Shown here in pieces: positions 24,693-39,041 of a stretch of DNA of 55,203 nt. How positions within the stretch are numbered: the stretch's first letter is position 1; every line of letters begins with the position of its first letter. The notes beneath the pieces were generated by a model. The model worked only from the letters and a program-made list of their open reading frames with translations. It searched no databases and was not told the origin of the DNA. The DNA lies in assembly GCF_001194135.2 (NCBI RefSeq), contig NC_068984.1:146176369-146231571 (forward strand), written 5' to 3'. Origin of the DNA: Octopus bimaculoides. Taxonomy: Eukaryota. The translations under genes and the position numbers were made by a program.

Positions 24693-26715
24693 TTAAAAGG
24701 GAGATTTGACAGCTATATATATATATATTTGTTTCTAGTGTCTGTAAGTAAATGTAGAATGGTTTCTACCATGTGGTGCTTTTGATCCAGACCACCATTC
24801 ATCAAACGGACCTGGAATCAAAAGTCATTCCATGCAGAGTATGCTAGATCTGCCAGCAAGAGTCACGCATCAGTCGAATGGTTGGCAGTCATCATCTTTT
24901 GTTATCATTCAGAACCGGTTGTCTCCACTGATGAACGGATATTCTTATTGAGTTCAGCAGAGGGAAAATAAATTGACCTTAGTGAAGGTCATGGAATTTT
25001 ATCTCCCCCACCCCACTACACAGCACCTTGGCCATGTGTCTCCTGCTAATAATCCCAGCCTGACCAATGCCTTGTGAGTGAATTTGACACATGGAAACTG
25101 AAAGAATCCTGTCATGTGTATGCATGTGTGCGAATGCTTGTGTGTGCACATGTATGTATGTATGTATGTGTGTGTATATTTATACTTGTCTTGATATTGT
25201 AGTTGTAAATGAGCATCCCCATCACACAAGCAGTGTTGCTCATTTCTAATCTTCCATGAAAAAAATGTCTGTTCATGAAGAAATATTACCTTGCTTGGAA
25301 ACAGGTAACAGGTTGGTGACAGGAAGGGCATCCAGCCATAACAAAATCCACTTAACAAATTCCATCTGACCTAAGCCTGGAAAAGTGGATGATGACTTTA
25401 CAGCTTCTGCCTACATATATGAATAGATCAACACACACACACACACACACACACATATAAACAAACAAACTCACAAAGGTTCCATGATTCCACCACTGGT
25501 TTCAATGAGGAATAATCCAGAAGACCCATAGCACAATCCTAATGCACAATCAGTACGACAAGGTGGACAAGGCCAGCTTTTCAAATTCTAGGTACAATCC
25601 ATTGGATATACATAGTTTCCTTCTACCCGTTTCCACTCTTAAAGCTTGAGTTGATTGAAGGTTGTAGAAAAAGACGAGCCTAAGGTGCCACACAATAGGA
25701 TTGAACGTCTTAACCACCTAATCACACACAAGACAGGTAGGCTATTCCTATACTGTTGTCAAAGGAGAAAAAGCCAACAGGTAAGCTTGAGTCTTGATTA
25801 TTCACAAAGGGAAGTGAATAAGACCAACACAGATGATGAAAGAAATCAATAGACATTGCAAGAAAATGCAGTGCATGAGGTGCATTTGCCTGCATGAGAG
25901 TTAATGCAGCATAAGCCATGGACATTCCATAAGACAGATTTAGAAATAATATGATCGGGTACGGGGGGGGGGGAGAAGCAGAGAATAATATACAAATTGT
26001 AGGGGATGATGAGAAGAGTAAGGAATCATGGGAAATATTTTTTTGTTTTCAGTATATATACACACACAAATATATATAACTCAGCAAGTACACACACACA
26101 CACACACACATACACACTAAGTTATATAGTATGCATGCATACACACAGAGTAGGTTACTTAAGCACAGAGAAATACTCGTAAATTAAGTTGAACTTGACA
26201 CCACCAGACACAAACAGGTCACTAAATGCACACACAAAGAACACACATTAATAATAAAGAATATAAACACATATCTAAATAATAAGTCGCTTAACACACA
26301 CACACAATATGGTAGAGAGTCTAAGCACATCATACAATGAAAACTTACTTATTCTATTTGTCTCGTATGTTAAACTGCTAAGTTACAGGGATGTAATTCA
26401 ACCAACACTGGTTGTCAAGTAGTGGACGATACACACACATGATGGGCTTCTTTCAGCTTCCATCTACAAAATTCCCTCACAAGGTTTTGGTCAGCCCAAG
26501 GCTATAATAGGAGACATTTGCCCAAAGTGCCATGCAGTGGGACTGAACCTGGAACCATGTGGTTGGGAAGCAAACTTCTTACCCCCCCCCTCCCACACAC
26601 ACACACACAGACTAGGCTTCTGCACAGTTACCATCTAACAAATATTCTCACACACCATTGATCAGTCTGTGACAGGAGCAGCAGACACTTGCCCAAAAAG
26701 CAGTGGAATCAAACC

Positions 26716-27020
26716 CAGTGGTTCTCAACCAGGGTCCATACGACCCTTGGGAGGGTCATATGACCCTCAGAGGTCCATGCACTCCTTTAGGGGTTCATAT
26801 AAGATTTTGGTGTTAAAATTTAGGGGCAATACCTTGCTTATAATTCTACAATGCACCAAATATTTTAACAATTCCTTTAATACAATTCCTAATAATATTC
26901 AATAATGAAAATTTAATAAAATTTTTAAAACAGAGAATGGTTCTGAGGGTCTGGCAGAATAAAAGAGTAATCAAGAGGATCCACAGATAAAAAAAAAAAG
27001 AAAATGGTTGTTCTAAACTA
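26716..27020. mobile_element. hAT-like MITE inserted into a family B SINE
   Basis: Left end CAGTGGTTCTCAACC is a typical hAT/Charlie-type terminus. The right end is degenerate (ggttg..) and no TSD was confirmed. Confidence 0.45.
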
Positions 27021-27430
27021 GGCCTGGCTGTACCTGTGTGTAGGCTGGATTTTATTTTTATTTGTATTTCATTTCATTACAGTTGTCTGTATTGAGACAG
27101 GAAACACTCCTACACAACAGTAAAGAGATTTTATAAGATTTCTTAATACAAAGAAAATTGAAGGAAAATGATTTTAATCAAAATTTTTTTCAGACCATTA
27201 AAGAGAAAGAAAAAAAAAAAAAACCCAGAAACTTGAAGCAATTTCAATATTTCAACAAAGAAATAGAAATAAATTGCTTCAGATAATTGAAAAGATAAAA
27301 CTGTCATGAATAAGAAAAAAAAAAAACAAAGTTTAATGCAGCAATCCATGTTTTGTAACTAGGGCAGCATTTGAATGTGTTTTCTATTTGAAAAATCTGG
27401 TCAGACGAGTTGAGCATAGATTGTAATGTG

Positions 27431-27475
27431 TTGTTGTAATATGTGTTGTTGTAATATGTGTTGTTGTAATATGTG
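27431..27475 (+). repeat. 15-bp minisatellite, three exact copies (TTGTTGTAATATGTG)
   Basis: Read directly. Confidence 0.95.
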
Positions 27476-27845
27476 CAGTGTTTCACTCACTGGACCATGG
27501 ACATGCTGGGGCACCACTTAGAGTTTTAGTCAAACAAATCAACCCTAACATTTTTTTTTTTTGAAGTTTTGTACTTATTCTATCAATCTCTTTTGCCAAA
27601 CCACTACGTTACAAGAATGTAAATAACCCAATGTGATTGCTAAACAGTGTTGTGATGACAAACAGAGCTTCTGTCTACAAAATCCACTCACATGGCATTA
27701 GTTAGCCCAGGTCTATAGCAGAAGACACTTGCCCAAGGTGCTGTGCTGTGGGAATGAACCCCAAACCATACGGATGCAAAAGGAGCTTCTAAAACCACAC
27801 AGCTGCCATGCTTGTGCTCATTGTAATGTCTTTGTTTTTCTCGAT

Positions 27846-28058
27846 AGTAATCCCTCACCATATCGTGGTTTATTATTTAAGCTTACATCGATTCCTTTGT
27901 GATGTTTTGCATTTATAATAAAATAGATATATACAAATTATGAAAATAATAATGAAAAAAAATATACAGTACAGTACTGTTTCTACTTTGCTGCGAATTT
28001 TCACTTATCACGTGGTGGGGGTTGGAATGTTAGACCCATGACAGTCGAGGGATTACGG
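27846..28058. mobile_element. Tigger/pogo-like MITE
   Basis: Imperfect TIRs (agtaatccctc ... gagggattacgg), TA at the right end and an AT-rich interior. Confidence 0.55.
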
Positions 28059-29044
28059 TACATCACACAGCAAATTTCTGAAATGAAGCCATGTTTTATA
28101 TTTGATCAAGTAAACCCAATTACATAACTGGTACTGAATCTAAAGAATCCAGAGATGATTGAAAGGGTTGGCATCTAGAAGAGTATCCAGCCTTGGAAGA
28201 AATACTCAAACATTTAGTCTAACGAGTCTCTGTCAGTTCATTACAATTATAATAACAATGGCTTCACACTTTGGCACAAGGCCAGTGTCAGAGCAGGGGG
28301 TAAGATGATTACATCAACCCCAGTGCATAACTGGTATTTATTTTATTGACACTGAAAAGATGAAAGGCAAATTCAACCCCAGCGGAATTTGAACTCAAAG
28401 CGTAAAGACAGACAAAATGCTGCTAAGCATTTTGCCTGGCATGCTAACTATTCTGTTTATAAAAATAATAATAATAATAATAATAATAAAAACCATGAAC
28501 AACAATGGAGGAATGTACCAATATATTGGGTGAGAAAAAGAATTGCAAAAACTGTATTTTGAAAAAAAAAAAAAAACTCTCCAAATATGATGGATGTAAA
28601 AGACAGAAAAAGAAAAAATATTGTTCCATATATTAGGGGCGGGGAGAGAGAGAGATCAATATATTGATAGAAATGTGGTAATATTGATAGAATAGCGTCT
28701 TTAAGAACAGAGAAAATGCTAGGAGAAGAAATGAGAAAAATTTAGAAAAAGAAATATTTTAGACTATCTTTGATGTTGAAAATTGATTTCAACAGTTTGG
28801 GAAGGGAGAAATATTTCAAATCTCACAATCAGAGATGATATTTATTTGGACAAAAATGTTATATTGAAAAAATATTCTAATGATATGTATTATACATAAG
28901 TGTTTGTGTGTGTGTTTGTGTATGAGATAAAAGACAAAGAAGGCCCTGTTCTATAGAAAAAAACCTTGTAGGAATTTGCATATGAAAAGTTTCAATGACA
29001 TGTCACGTAACACTGAATGATGGGGGCCACATCAATAATGCTCA

Positions 29045-29260
29045 GCAAATCGGTAAGAGAGGCAGCCAGCTGGAAGAACCATTAGCACATTAGGCAAAAG
29101 GCATAATGACATTTCTTCTGGCTCTTTACGTTCTGAGTTCAAATCCCAGTAGGGTCAACTTTGCCTTTTGATCCTTTTGGAGTTGAAAAAATACCAGTTA
29201 AAAACTGGGTTTGGTGTAATCAACTTGCCCCTTCCCCTCCAAATTGTTGACCTTGAATGC
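29045..29260 (+). mobile_element. Family D tRNA-derived SINE
   Basis: ttctgagttcaaatccc B-box followed by gtcaactttgcctttt.atcc..tggagttga.aaaataccagt. Also at ~7030-7230, 28255-28455 (-), 32010-32150 (-), 34160-34310, 36150-36300 (-) and 50840-50945. Confidence 0.7.
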
Positions 29261-29417
29261 TGCAAAAGACTAATGACCCGTTCAGAGAGTATGTTGTGAC
29301 CTGACTCACTCACTTGTGCAACGGGAACCAGGTAACTGGCACAATGAGCTCTTTACAACTGAACAAAAGATCTGTTAATACAGCAGATCTGTTATTCATT
29401 TATTTTATTTTTTTTCC

Positions 29418-29662
29418 CATGCTGGTGGTACGTAAAAAGCACTATCTGAATGTGACCAGTGCTAGGGTCACCTGACTGGCTCCCGTGCCAGTAGCACGTA
29501 AAAAGCACCCACTAAGCTCTTGGAGTGGTTGGCGTTAGGAAGGGCATCCAGCTGTAGAAACATTGCCAGATCAGATTGGAGCCTGGTGCAGCCAACTGGC
29601 TTTCCAGAACTCAAACTGTCCAACCCATGCCAGCATGGAAAACGGACGTTAAACAATGATGA
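29418..29662 (+). mobile_element. Family A retroelement
   Basis: ggagtggttggcgttaggaagggcatccagctgtagaaac...catggaaaacggacgttaaacaatgatga. Confidence 0.85.
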
Positions 29663-30797
29663 GAATTAAAACCTGTACAAGAAGAAGACTTAAATACTCT
29701 ACAAGGCGTCTATCTCATTCAAATGACTCGGTCTTTGCATTCAGGGCTGAGGCTCAACAACTGTGTCTGTCAGCTGATACAAAATCCTGCACAACATCAT
29801 CATTCATTTTTTTTTTTTCCCTCAGTCAGCATCACTGTTTAAACATCCATTTCCCCAGAGGTCAGACGAAATTTGTTGTAGCAGACTTTCTATGACTGGA
29901 TGCTCTCCTTGTAAGATAATATTTCCCCTGCATTTTTGACCATTAAACAGCACAATGGCCGGACATGTTTTCATGGATGACAGCAAACAAAGGAGACTGC
30001 TTTGTATGAACAGTGTATGACTTTGTTTCAATCAATATGCAAGTATCAAGGGGAACACACACACACACACACACACATCCATGCACACAGTTTTCAATCT
30101 TTGGCAAGAGCAAGTTACAAAAACAGATTTAGAATTTATTCTCTAAAAGAAAACTAATTTTCTATTCCAACTAATATACACTTCACTAAGAAGGTCTAAG
30201 GCAGAAACATATTCAAAATTGTCTCCCCTACTCACCAGAATGTTTCTAATAATAATGTCTTTTCTCCCATTGTAATAATAATTTCTAATTAGCGTTTTAA
30301 TGCATTAAATGTGTTTAAACTAATTTTTAACTAAATATAGACCAAGGCTGGGCTGTATAAGCAGCTTAATTATCTTGGACTAAGTGAGGGATGAGAATAC
30401 CTAAATACAGGTAATATAAGAGCTAACCCACTTAATACCTGAGGGAACACTGAATCAGCTGATTAGTGCTAGAGTATGTTTGTTTTTATGTTAAACAGGA
30501 TTGGCTCACTGATAGGGTCACCTTCACTGTTTGTTTTTTTTACACTGCAATGAAAAGAAGGTGAGAGGAGAGGAAAGAGAAGAGAAATATAACCATGAAA
30601 GAAATGCACTACATATTATTATGGTGAAGTCAGTCTCATAGTTTGCCTGAAAATGCACTCACATGTAAGACTCAGAGTAGCAAGAGATTAACTCAACGAA
30701 AATAAAATATTAAACTCTACCAAGCTACCAAGTACTCTTTTCCTCCACCAACCAACATTAAACAGACATATACATACATACATACATATATTTATAT

Positions 30798-30854
<57 letters not shown>

Positions 30855-30864
30855 NNNNNNNNNN

Positions 30865-31165
30865 GAGCTTACAATCGTGAGGTTGTGAATTTGATTCCCG
30901 AACTGGGCTGCGTGTTGTGTTCTTGAGCAAGACACTTTATTTCATGTTGCTTCAGTTCACTCAGCTGTAGAAATGAGTTGCGACGTCACTGGTGCCAAGC
31001 TGTATCGGCCCCTTTGCCTTTCCCTTGGATAATATCAGTGGTGTGGAGAGGGGCGGCTGGTATGCATGGGTGACCGCTGGTCTTCCATAAAACAACCTTG
31101 TCTGGACTTTTGCCTCGGAGGATAACTTTCTGGTGCAATCGCATGGTCATTCATGACCAAAGGGG
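30865..31165 (+). mobile_element. Family C tRNA-derived SINE (CORE-like ttgagcaagacact box)
   Basis: gtgttcttgagcaagacactttatttc...cactcagctgta is shared with 10262-10400 (+) and 46095-46270 (+), and antisense with 10790-11005 and 31745-31980. Confidence 0.7.
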
Positions 31166-32245
31166 GTCATCATCATCGTTTAACGTCCGTTTTCCATGCT
31201 GGCATGGGTTGGACGGTTTGACTGGGGTCTCGGAAGCCAGGATATATATGCATATACAGAGAGAGTTGGGAGAGAGAGAGAGGAAGGAAATAGCTTTCAA
31301 TCCAATATATTTGTATACAGAGAAGGGCTCTTTTGGGTTAATCACAACATCAAAAAAGCAAAGGAAAGAGAAAGATCAATGAATGGACATGATGATATAT
31401 GACAGAGGTGAGACTGAAAAGAGCCCAAAATTTCAAAGAATGAAATGGTATTTAAATTTGAATAAATATTACCACATCTGGTTTCACAATAACAGAAGAA
31501 AATTAATACCCAATTTACAATAAACAACTTTGTGTTGACCCAGTTGAACATGAGAGGAGCTAAGGTCATATCTATTAGTCAATCAATCAATAACTCTTTA
31601 CACAGTACAAATGCCATAAATAATCAATCGCTTGATATTTCCTAATCAGATATGTCAATGAGTGGATTGGTCATGCCCACTGACTTCAGAAGAATACCCC
31701 TCCAAGCTATTATCAGTAACCCTGAGACATTATTGTCTCAAGTGCTAGAACTCATATAGCTGGTCACCCTGTTCCCATTGTGTATAAATGACCAAGATCA
31801 CAACGTTCCTCTTGAACAGGATGCCAGTCCGTCTGTTGCAGGGTTGTTCATTTACAGTTGAGTGGATTGGAGCAATGTGTAATGAAATGTTTTATTGAAG
31901 AACACAATGCATTACCCAAATATGGGAAGCAAAACCACAGTCTTCCAATCCCAAGTGCAACACCCTAACCATTACGCCATCTGCCTTCACTCATATGGTC
32001 AAATGGTCAAACTGAGTGGTACTTAATTCTATCAACCATAAAGGGATAAAAGGAAACGTGAAATGTGGTTGGAATTTCACTCAGGATGTACAAGAACCAA
32101 ACTGTTTTGGCCACTCTGCTACATTCTAAAGCAACCCAGATGGTCTAACATCACTGAGACTGCCAGCACAAAACAGAATATTTCTCCAGACAAGAATACA
32201 ACCACTGCCACGAAATATAGATTGATATATCAATTACAGGAGGGA

Positions 32246-32291
<46 letters not shown>

Positions 32292-32782
32292 GAAAGAGAG
32301 AGATGATTAGCTTCTTTAATTAAGGAAGCACTGAAGGTCACACACACACACAAATATCTATGATCACCAATAAAGTATTAAATCTCAATAACATTAAGTA
32401 ACAACATACAGACTCTATAAATTAGAAAGTCTGCTGCTGCTGCTGGCAGATGAAGAGCATAACTTGGTTTTCAATTCCTGGTGGTGACTCTTTCACGTCA
32501 ATTATTTTAGAAAATGACTTTGAAAAAGTCATGAGAAGAATTACTATTGCTGTTTCCCTGTCTCCACCAAAATCAATAGAGTTTATTAACCCCATTGACA
32601 AAGATACATCTAAGTAAAAATAATAAATATTCAATCAAATAATTGTGTCATAATTGTGTGAAATAAAATATCGATTATATTTCAACAGAAGACCAATGTT
32701 AACAAAGAAAGGAGATGGAGTGACTTAGAACAATTTCATATTTAAGCTAACATAGGAATGTTTACAGCAGGATATTAATGCT

Positions 32783-32845
<63 letters not shown>

Positions 32846-32957
32846 NNNNNNNNNNNNNNNNNNNNNNNNNNNNNNNNNNNNNNNNNNNNNNNNNNNNNNN
32901 NNNNNNNNNNATTATGAGCCAATGTATTTACAACAACAATGTATTTAGGCCAACATA

Positions 32958-33145
32958 TACTCTATTTCACTGCATATGAGACACACCTTCCCCCACCAAA
33001 GAAGTGTCTCAAAAATATCACCTCAAGTGTCCTATATGTAAAGTTAGACCAACATTACATGCTTCAAAGCACGAAAAACTACTTTTCATGAAATTGGGGG
33101 GCATCTAATATGCCCCGTGTGTTTTTATGCTACCGAATATGGTGC
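32958..33145. mobile_element. Degenerate Tc1/mariner-type MITE
   Basis: The ends tactctatttcactgcatatgagacacacc and gtgtttttatgctaccgaatatggt resemble the TACCGTATTT...TATAAGACGCACC terminal pattern. Heavily diverged. Confidence 0.35.
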
Positions 33146-34315
33146 TTACAACAATATATTACTACCAGTGTTGACAAAGTCCCTATTGACTTCAAAATAA
33201 GATCTTTATGTTTAGAAATTCCAAACTGTAGGACAATATGCCTCACAGGATGGATATGGGAAAAATGCAGCTATTATTCCAGTGCCTCTTCTCTGCACCA
33301 TAATTTTATTTCTAATAACTCGACCTGTTACAAATAGCAAATTAATGAAAAGGGGAAAAGCACTGCAAAACAAAGATGCACCACGTGGCAATATGACCTC
33401 ACATGACAATGCCAGTCAGCAGACTGATGCCTGAGGGTTGCATCAAGTGGCTTCTCGTGGCAGAAGCCTGAACTACAACGGGTTTATCCCACAGAGAACG
33501 TTTCTGGTTACTTTCGAGTACCCCCTCATATAAAGTAGAGAAGAGAGTTAAAAAGCGCAGCTGATGTGTCAAAGCTTAATGGGTTTTCTCTTTTCAAAAC
33601 CAAAGTGCTCCAGATTATTTAATAACCTACCTCCATATCTAGATTGCTACATGAACAGATGATCGCAATGAATGAACAATTATCTATTCTCTTCAGTTAA
33701 TAATGACCACAATGTCTGGCTGTGTAGTTAAGATGCTGGGCTACAGATTGGTCAGATATGGTCAGGAGATACATTTTGAATTCTGTGCACAACAAGAGTA
33801 GAAACAGAGTTGCTGTTGTAGCTACGTGATCACAAATATTCCAGCCATGACTGCCATGTCTGTTTTGCATATAATGTAGCACTGCATTATTTTAAGCATG
33901 AGTTGAAGAACTTTTGCAGCTGTTTCTAGCCGGTCAACCCATCAGAAAGGCTCTTTAGTCAGCTCCATGACAAACTAACATGATGGTGGAAGTGTTGATG
34001 TAATGAGGTTGATAAATACATAAGTGAGCATTAATAGAGAGAGAAGCAGGAAGCGAGGCAGGAAGAGTGGGAAGGGGTCATTCGACAAATTATATTAGTC
34101 CCAATCCAATTTGAAGTGGGGAGGGAATACTTTGTGGCATTTCCTCAAGCTGTTTATGTGATGGGTTCAATTCTTGCCAAGGTCAACTTGTTCTTTCATC
34201 TTTTTGGTTAAGGGAGGGGGGAGTCAAAATAAAACACCAATCAAGTTCTGGGATTGGTGGAATCGTCTAAACTGTCCCCTTCTGCCCAAATTAGAAGCCA
34301 TTAGGATTCTTCAAT

Positions 34316-34678
34316 TTTTTACTTGCTTCAGTCAGACTGTGGCCATGCTGGGGCACCAACTTGAAGAATTTTAGTCAAACAAATTGACACCAATATTTAT
34401 TCTTTTTTTTAAAGCCTAAATTTATTCTATCCAGTCTCTTTTGCTAAACTACTTTACTACAAGGACATAAACACACCAACACTGGTTGTCAAGCAGTAGG
34501 GGGGGGGAATCAAACAAACACACCAACACATATACGATGGGCTTTTTCCAGTTTCCATCTATCAAATCCACTCGCAAGGCTTTGGTTGGTCCAAGACTAT
34601 GGTAGAAAACACGCAGTGGGACTGAACCCAGAACCATGTAGTAGAGAAGCAAGCTTCTTACCACAGCCATTCCTGTGC
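34316..34678 (-). mobile_element. Family B tRNA-derived SINE, near full length
   Basis: Tail, short CA tract and head all present in order. Confidence 0.8.
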
Positions 34679-35220
34679 CAAGATATCAACTTTTGAATCA
34701 TTATAGGAAATTCTTGATAACAAAGCATTCTTCAGTAAATAACAACAACAACACCCACACAGTTGAATGACCACTTTCATGGGAAAATGTAGCTGGCCTG
34801 TCGAAACTCATTAGACTATGACCCTGTTGCAGCACCCCCTTTCAAGGGTTTTAGTCAAACAGGTCAAGTACTTATTCTATTGAAATCCCTTGCTGAACTG
34901 TTGAGTTATGAGGATGCAAACAAACTATCACCAATTGTCAAGTGGTATTGGTGGTGAGTGGGGGGAGGGGGGGGACACAAAGACACGCACACGCACACAT
35001 GCCCACACATACACACATGACAGGCTTCCACATAGTTTTTGCAACCAAATTCAGTTCAGAAGATAGTGATCAATCTGGGGCTACAGTAGAAGTAACACGA
35101 GATTGAACCTGAAAGCACATGGCTGCAAAACAAGCTTCTTAACCACACAGCCATGCCTCTATCCGTATGTGAACATGTGGTTTATAGGATGTTTATAATA
35201 CACACAAACACATGTTCACA

Positions 35221-35255
<35 letters not shown>

Positions 35256-35344
35256 ATGCGTGTGTGTATGTGCATGGGTGGGTGTGTATTTACTTGAGTA
35301 TAATGTACAAGGACACAGTTACTATTTGAAATAGGAACTAATGG

Positions 35345-35460
35345 CAGCGGTGGTGGTGGTGGTGGTGGCGGCGGCGGCGNNNNNNNNNNNNNNNNNNNNN
35401 NNNNNNNNNNNNNNNNNNNNNNNNNNNNNNNNNNNNNNNNGGTGGTGGTGGTGGCGGTGG
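35345..35460. repeat. (GGT)n/(GGC)n trinucleotide tract interrupted by an N-gap
   Basis: Read directly; gap at 35380-35440. Confidence 0.9.
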
Positions 35461-35620
35461 TAGAAAGCATTCCATTATTACGGAAAAATGTTTTAACCAG
35501 CTCTTTGCAATGATTAAGAGGCCAATTTCCCACTGACTCAGTAATCAATAAAACAGACACCAGCAGAAGCTAAGTGCTTGTGGATAAGTATCTCTGCATG
35601 TGTGTGTGTGTGTGTGTGCG

Positions 35621-35651
<31 letters not shown>

Positions 35652-35804
35652 GTGTATATATATATATACACACACACATACATATACACACACACGCATA
35701 TATAATGAATGTACATTATATAAATGTGTATTGCATGAGCAAGAGCAAAGGTCTTTACCTGCTACGCTAATTCTGTTTCTCCCTCTCCCATATACACACA
35801 CACA

Positions 35805-36140
35805 CATCATCATCATCATCATCATTGTTTAACGTCTGCTTTCCATGCTGGCATGGGTTGGATGGTTTGACTGAGGACTGGTGAACCAGAAGGCTGCACC
35901 AGGCTCCACTCTGATCTGGCAATGCTTCCACAGCTGAATGCCCTTCCTAACACCAACCACTCCAAGAGTGTAGTGGGTGCTTTTTACATGCCACTGGCAC
36001 AGGAGCCAGTCAGGGGGCATTGGCATCAGCCACATTCGGATAGTACTTTTTACGTGCCACCAGCACGTGAGCCAGTCAAGGGATGCTGGCACTGGCCATG
36101 TTCAGATAGTGCTTTTTACATGCCATGGGCACAGGTGCAT
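35805..36140 (-). mobile_element. Family A retroelement with three internal units
   Basis: Diagnostic core followed by repeated ttttacgtgccac...gagccagtcag...ggccac..tcggatagt units. Confidence 0.85.
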
Positions 36141-37519
36141 TCAGGGGACAAGTCAGTTACATTGACTGGAACATTTATTTTACCAAACAGGTGAAAAGCA
36201 AGGAAGATCTTGACATGACCTGAACTCAGAATCCGTTGGAACGAATACCAATAAGCATTTCATCCAGGGTACCAACCATTCTACCCGCTTGCCACCCAGC
36301 AAATAATAATTGTCTCATAGAGAAACAGGAGGCCAGCAATTTTCAAGGATGATACCACTCCGTCAGCTGAAGGGTTTTGTCTTGCAAAAGCTATTTGGTA
36401 ACCTCAGTGTTCACCATTTTTCTCTCAATTTCCAACAGGGGAAGCAATGTTTTTACCTCTTCAGCAAGACATTTGTTCCTGTTGTCCCTCCATTGTACTT
36501 TCACATCCCACTCACTTGAGGGAGTTTTGTCCTGCAAGTTACTTGACCACTTCAATGGTTCTGCTGCCATGTAAAAAAAAGCACCCAGTCCACACCCTGT
36601 AAAGCAGTTGGTGTTGGGAAGGGCATCCAGCCATAGAAACCAGGCCAAAATGGACAATTGAAATTATATGCAGTCCTGTGGCTCACCAGCTCTGGTCAAA
36701 CTGACCAACCCAGGCCAGGATGGAAAACAAATGTTACAATAATGATAATGAAAAGAGTTCAATACATAAAGCATTCAACTTAAGTGTTTCTTATAGAGGA
36801 AGGCTATCATTAGGCGGAGGAGCAAAAGGCCGATTGCAGCGATGGGGGGGGGGGTATGGTTTTCGTCTTCTTTTTACATTTTGTTTTTCTTTATTTCTAT
36901 TGAAGCTCTCCCCCACCCCACCCTCAATCAATCTAAATTGTTTTTGGCAATTTTATCTAAATCAAAACAACTAACAACAAACAACCAAGTAAAAAAAACA
37001 AACAAAAACAAAAATAAGAACAGGTATTCTTTTTTCCTTTTATTTAATAGCATGGTGATTAAAATCAATGTCTCCCTCTTCCTCCTCATTGCCATTATTT
37101 TATAAATAGATAATTAATGTTGTTCTACATAGCTAGTTAATTAATGCCTTCCCTCTAACAGCCATTATCAACACCACAGCTGCTAACGCAATCACCACCA
37201 CCACTGTCTTTACTCCACTACTGTGTGTCCACCACACCACCACCACCAGTATCACTATTAGCTTTACCCCAGCTACTGTCCTGTAGGCGGGGACACCAGC
37301 ACTACAGCTACCACCAACAAATGTCAGTATCGTGACCACCACTACAACTAACAACAACAACAACAACAGTACCTAGGAACCACTTCTATCACCATCACTT
37401 AGTGTTGCTTTTCATTTTTTAAATAACAACTAAGAAGCCTAGAGATTAGGATTCATAAAGTCAAGGACAAAACATGTTGAAAAAACTTGTCCCTCTTCTG
37501 GCTCTGTTTGCTGGACCCA

Positions 37520-38075
37520 TCCTCATCATCATCATTTAACATCCATCTTTCCATGCTTGCAGGGGTCAGATAAAATTTTGTTGAAACAGGTTTTCTACAG
37601 CTGGATCCCCTTCCTGTTGCTAACACTCATTTGTTTCCAACATCATCATCATTGTCATCGTTTAACGTCTGCTTTCCATGCTGGCATGGGTTGGACAGGC
37701 AGAAGACTGCACCACCAGAATTCTGTGTTTTGGCAAGGTTTTTATGGCTGGATGCCCATCCTAACAGCAACCACTCCACAGAGTGGACTCAGTGCTTTTT
37801 ACATGGCACAAGCACAGGCGAGGTCAGTTTTGGCAAGGTTTTTATAGCTGGATGCCCTCAAAATGCCAACCACTTTACAGTGTAGACTGGATGCTTTTTA
37901 AGTGGCATCAGCACTGACTGGCAGGGTCACCAAGTGACTTGCAAGACAAGGATCCTTTGAGAGGGGAAGGGGCATTGGGGAAGGTGGTCTTGTGTCAGAT
38001 GATGAAAGGTTTGAGTGTGACAAAGAGACAGAAACAGGTGTCTTGTGGCTGTAGAGGAAGTACATGGCTACCTGG

Positions 38076-38118
<43 letters not shown>

Positions 38119-38330
38119 GATCAAGAATGAGGACAGAAATGGGTGTGCTGGTGTAAAGGCAATACATGGTTACCCAGCCTGAGGGAAGAGAAGGAGAGAG
38201 AGAGAGAGAGAGAGAGTGGGAGACAGCAAGAGAGAGAGCAGGTGAGAGATGGTGACAAAGTGCCAGGCATATTCACAAGGGACGGGGATCAGAATATAAA
38301 TGGGATGGTTGAGTAAAAGGAGAGCGAGAT
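37520..38330 (-). mobile_element. Mosaic of family A copies plus long upstream extension
   Basis: Two (CAT)n-headed cores (37522, 37640) followed by the extension with an embedded (GA)n. Confidence 0.65.
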
Positions 38331-38999
38331 AAATGGTGGAAAGTGTCAGGGAATAATACCCTTGAGGTACAGAGGTCATAGGTCATAATATAAATGGCAG
38401 GGCATTACCAAAGAAGTGTGAGTAGAGTGGGGGGTGGGGAATGTAGTGAGCGGTGGAAACCTGGGTATATAGGGTGAGGTGGGGGCTCCTGGACAGCAAT
38501 GCTGCAGTGAGCAGGGCTGTGACAACCAAAATAATATTTTCCCATGGCTACATAGGTTTTTCATGGAAGACTGAAAATGAACCACTTCTTTCCCAACGTA
38601 AAATACTCAACCACAAACTCTTACTAAGGGACGCACACTTCCCCAGTGAAATAATTTGGTCTTCACGACCACCGATCTGTCTTTTTGCTGAGTTCTTAAT
38701 GAATCTGGTTTTCATGGCCATCTTAGTGGCATGAGAACAAACCTTCAGCATCATCATCATCCCCATCAACAATTAATGCCCATTTTCCATGGCTTGGATG
38801 TTTTGAAAGGATCCAGTGAACCACAGGGATTATATCATGCTCCAAAGTCGTCTCTGACATGGTTTCCATGGCTGGATGTCCTTCCTAATGTCAACCACTT
38901 CACAGTGTGCAAAGCACTCTGCTGCACAGCTTAGAGAGACTGAGAAGGGCAAAGAGTAAAGATAATCTCTGGTGGGGTTTGCACTTAAACCACACACCT

Positions 39000-39041
<42 letters not shown>

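Noticed and set aside
32422-32634. Minus ORF ending in QQQQQ
   Set aside because: The poly-Q comes from a short (CAG)n. There is no homology and no donor site consistent with the gene.
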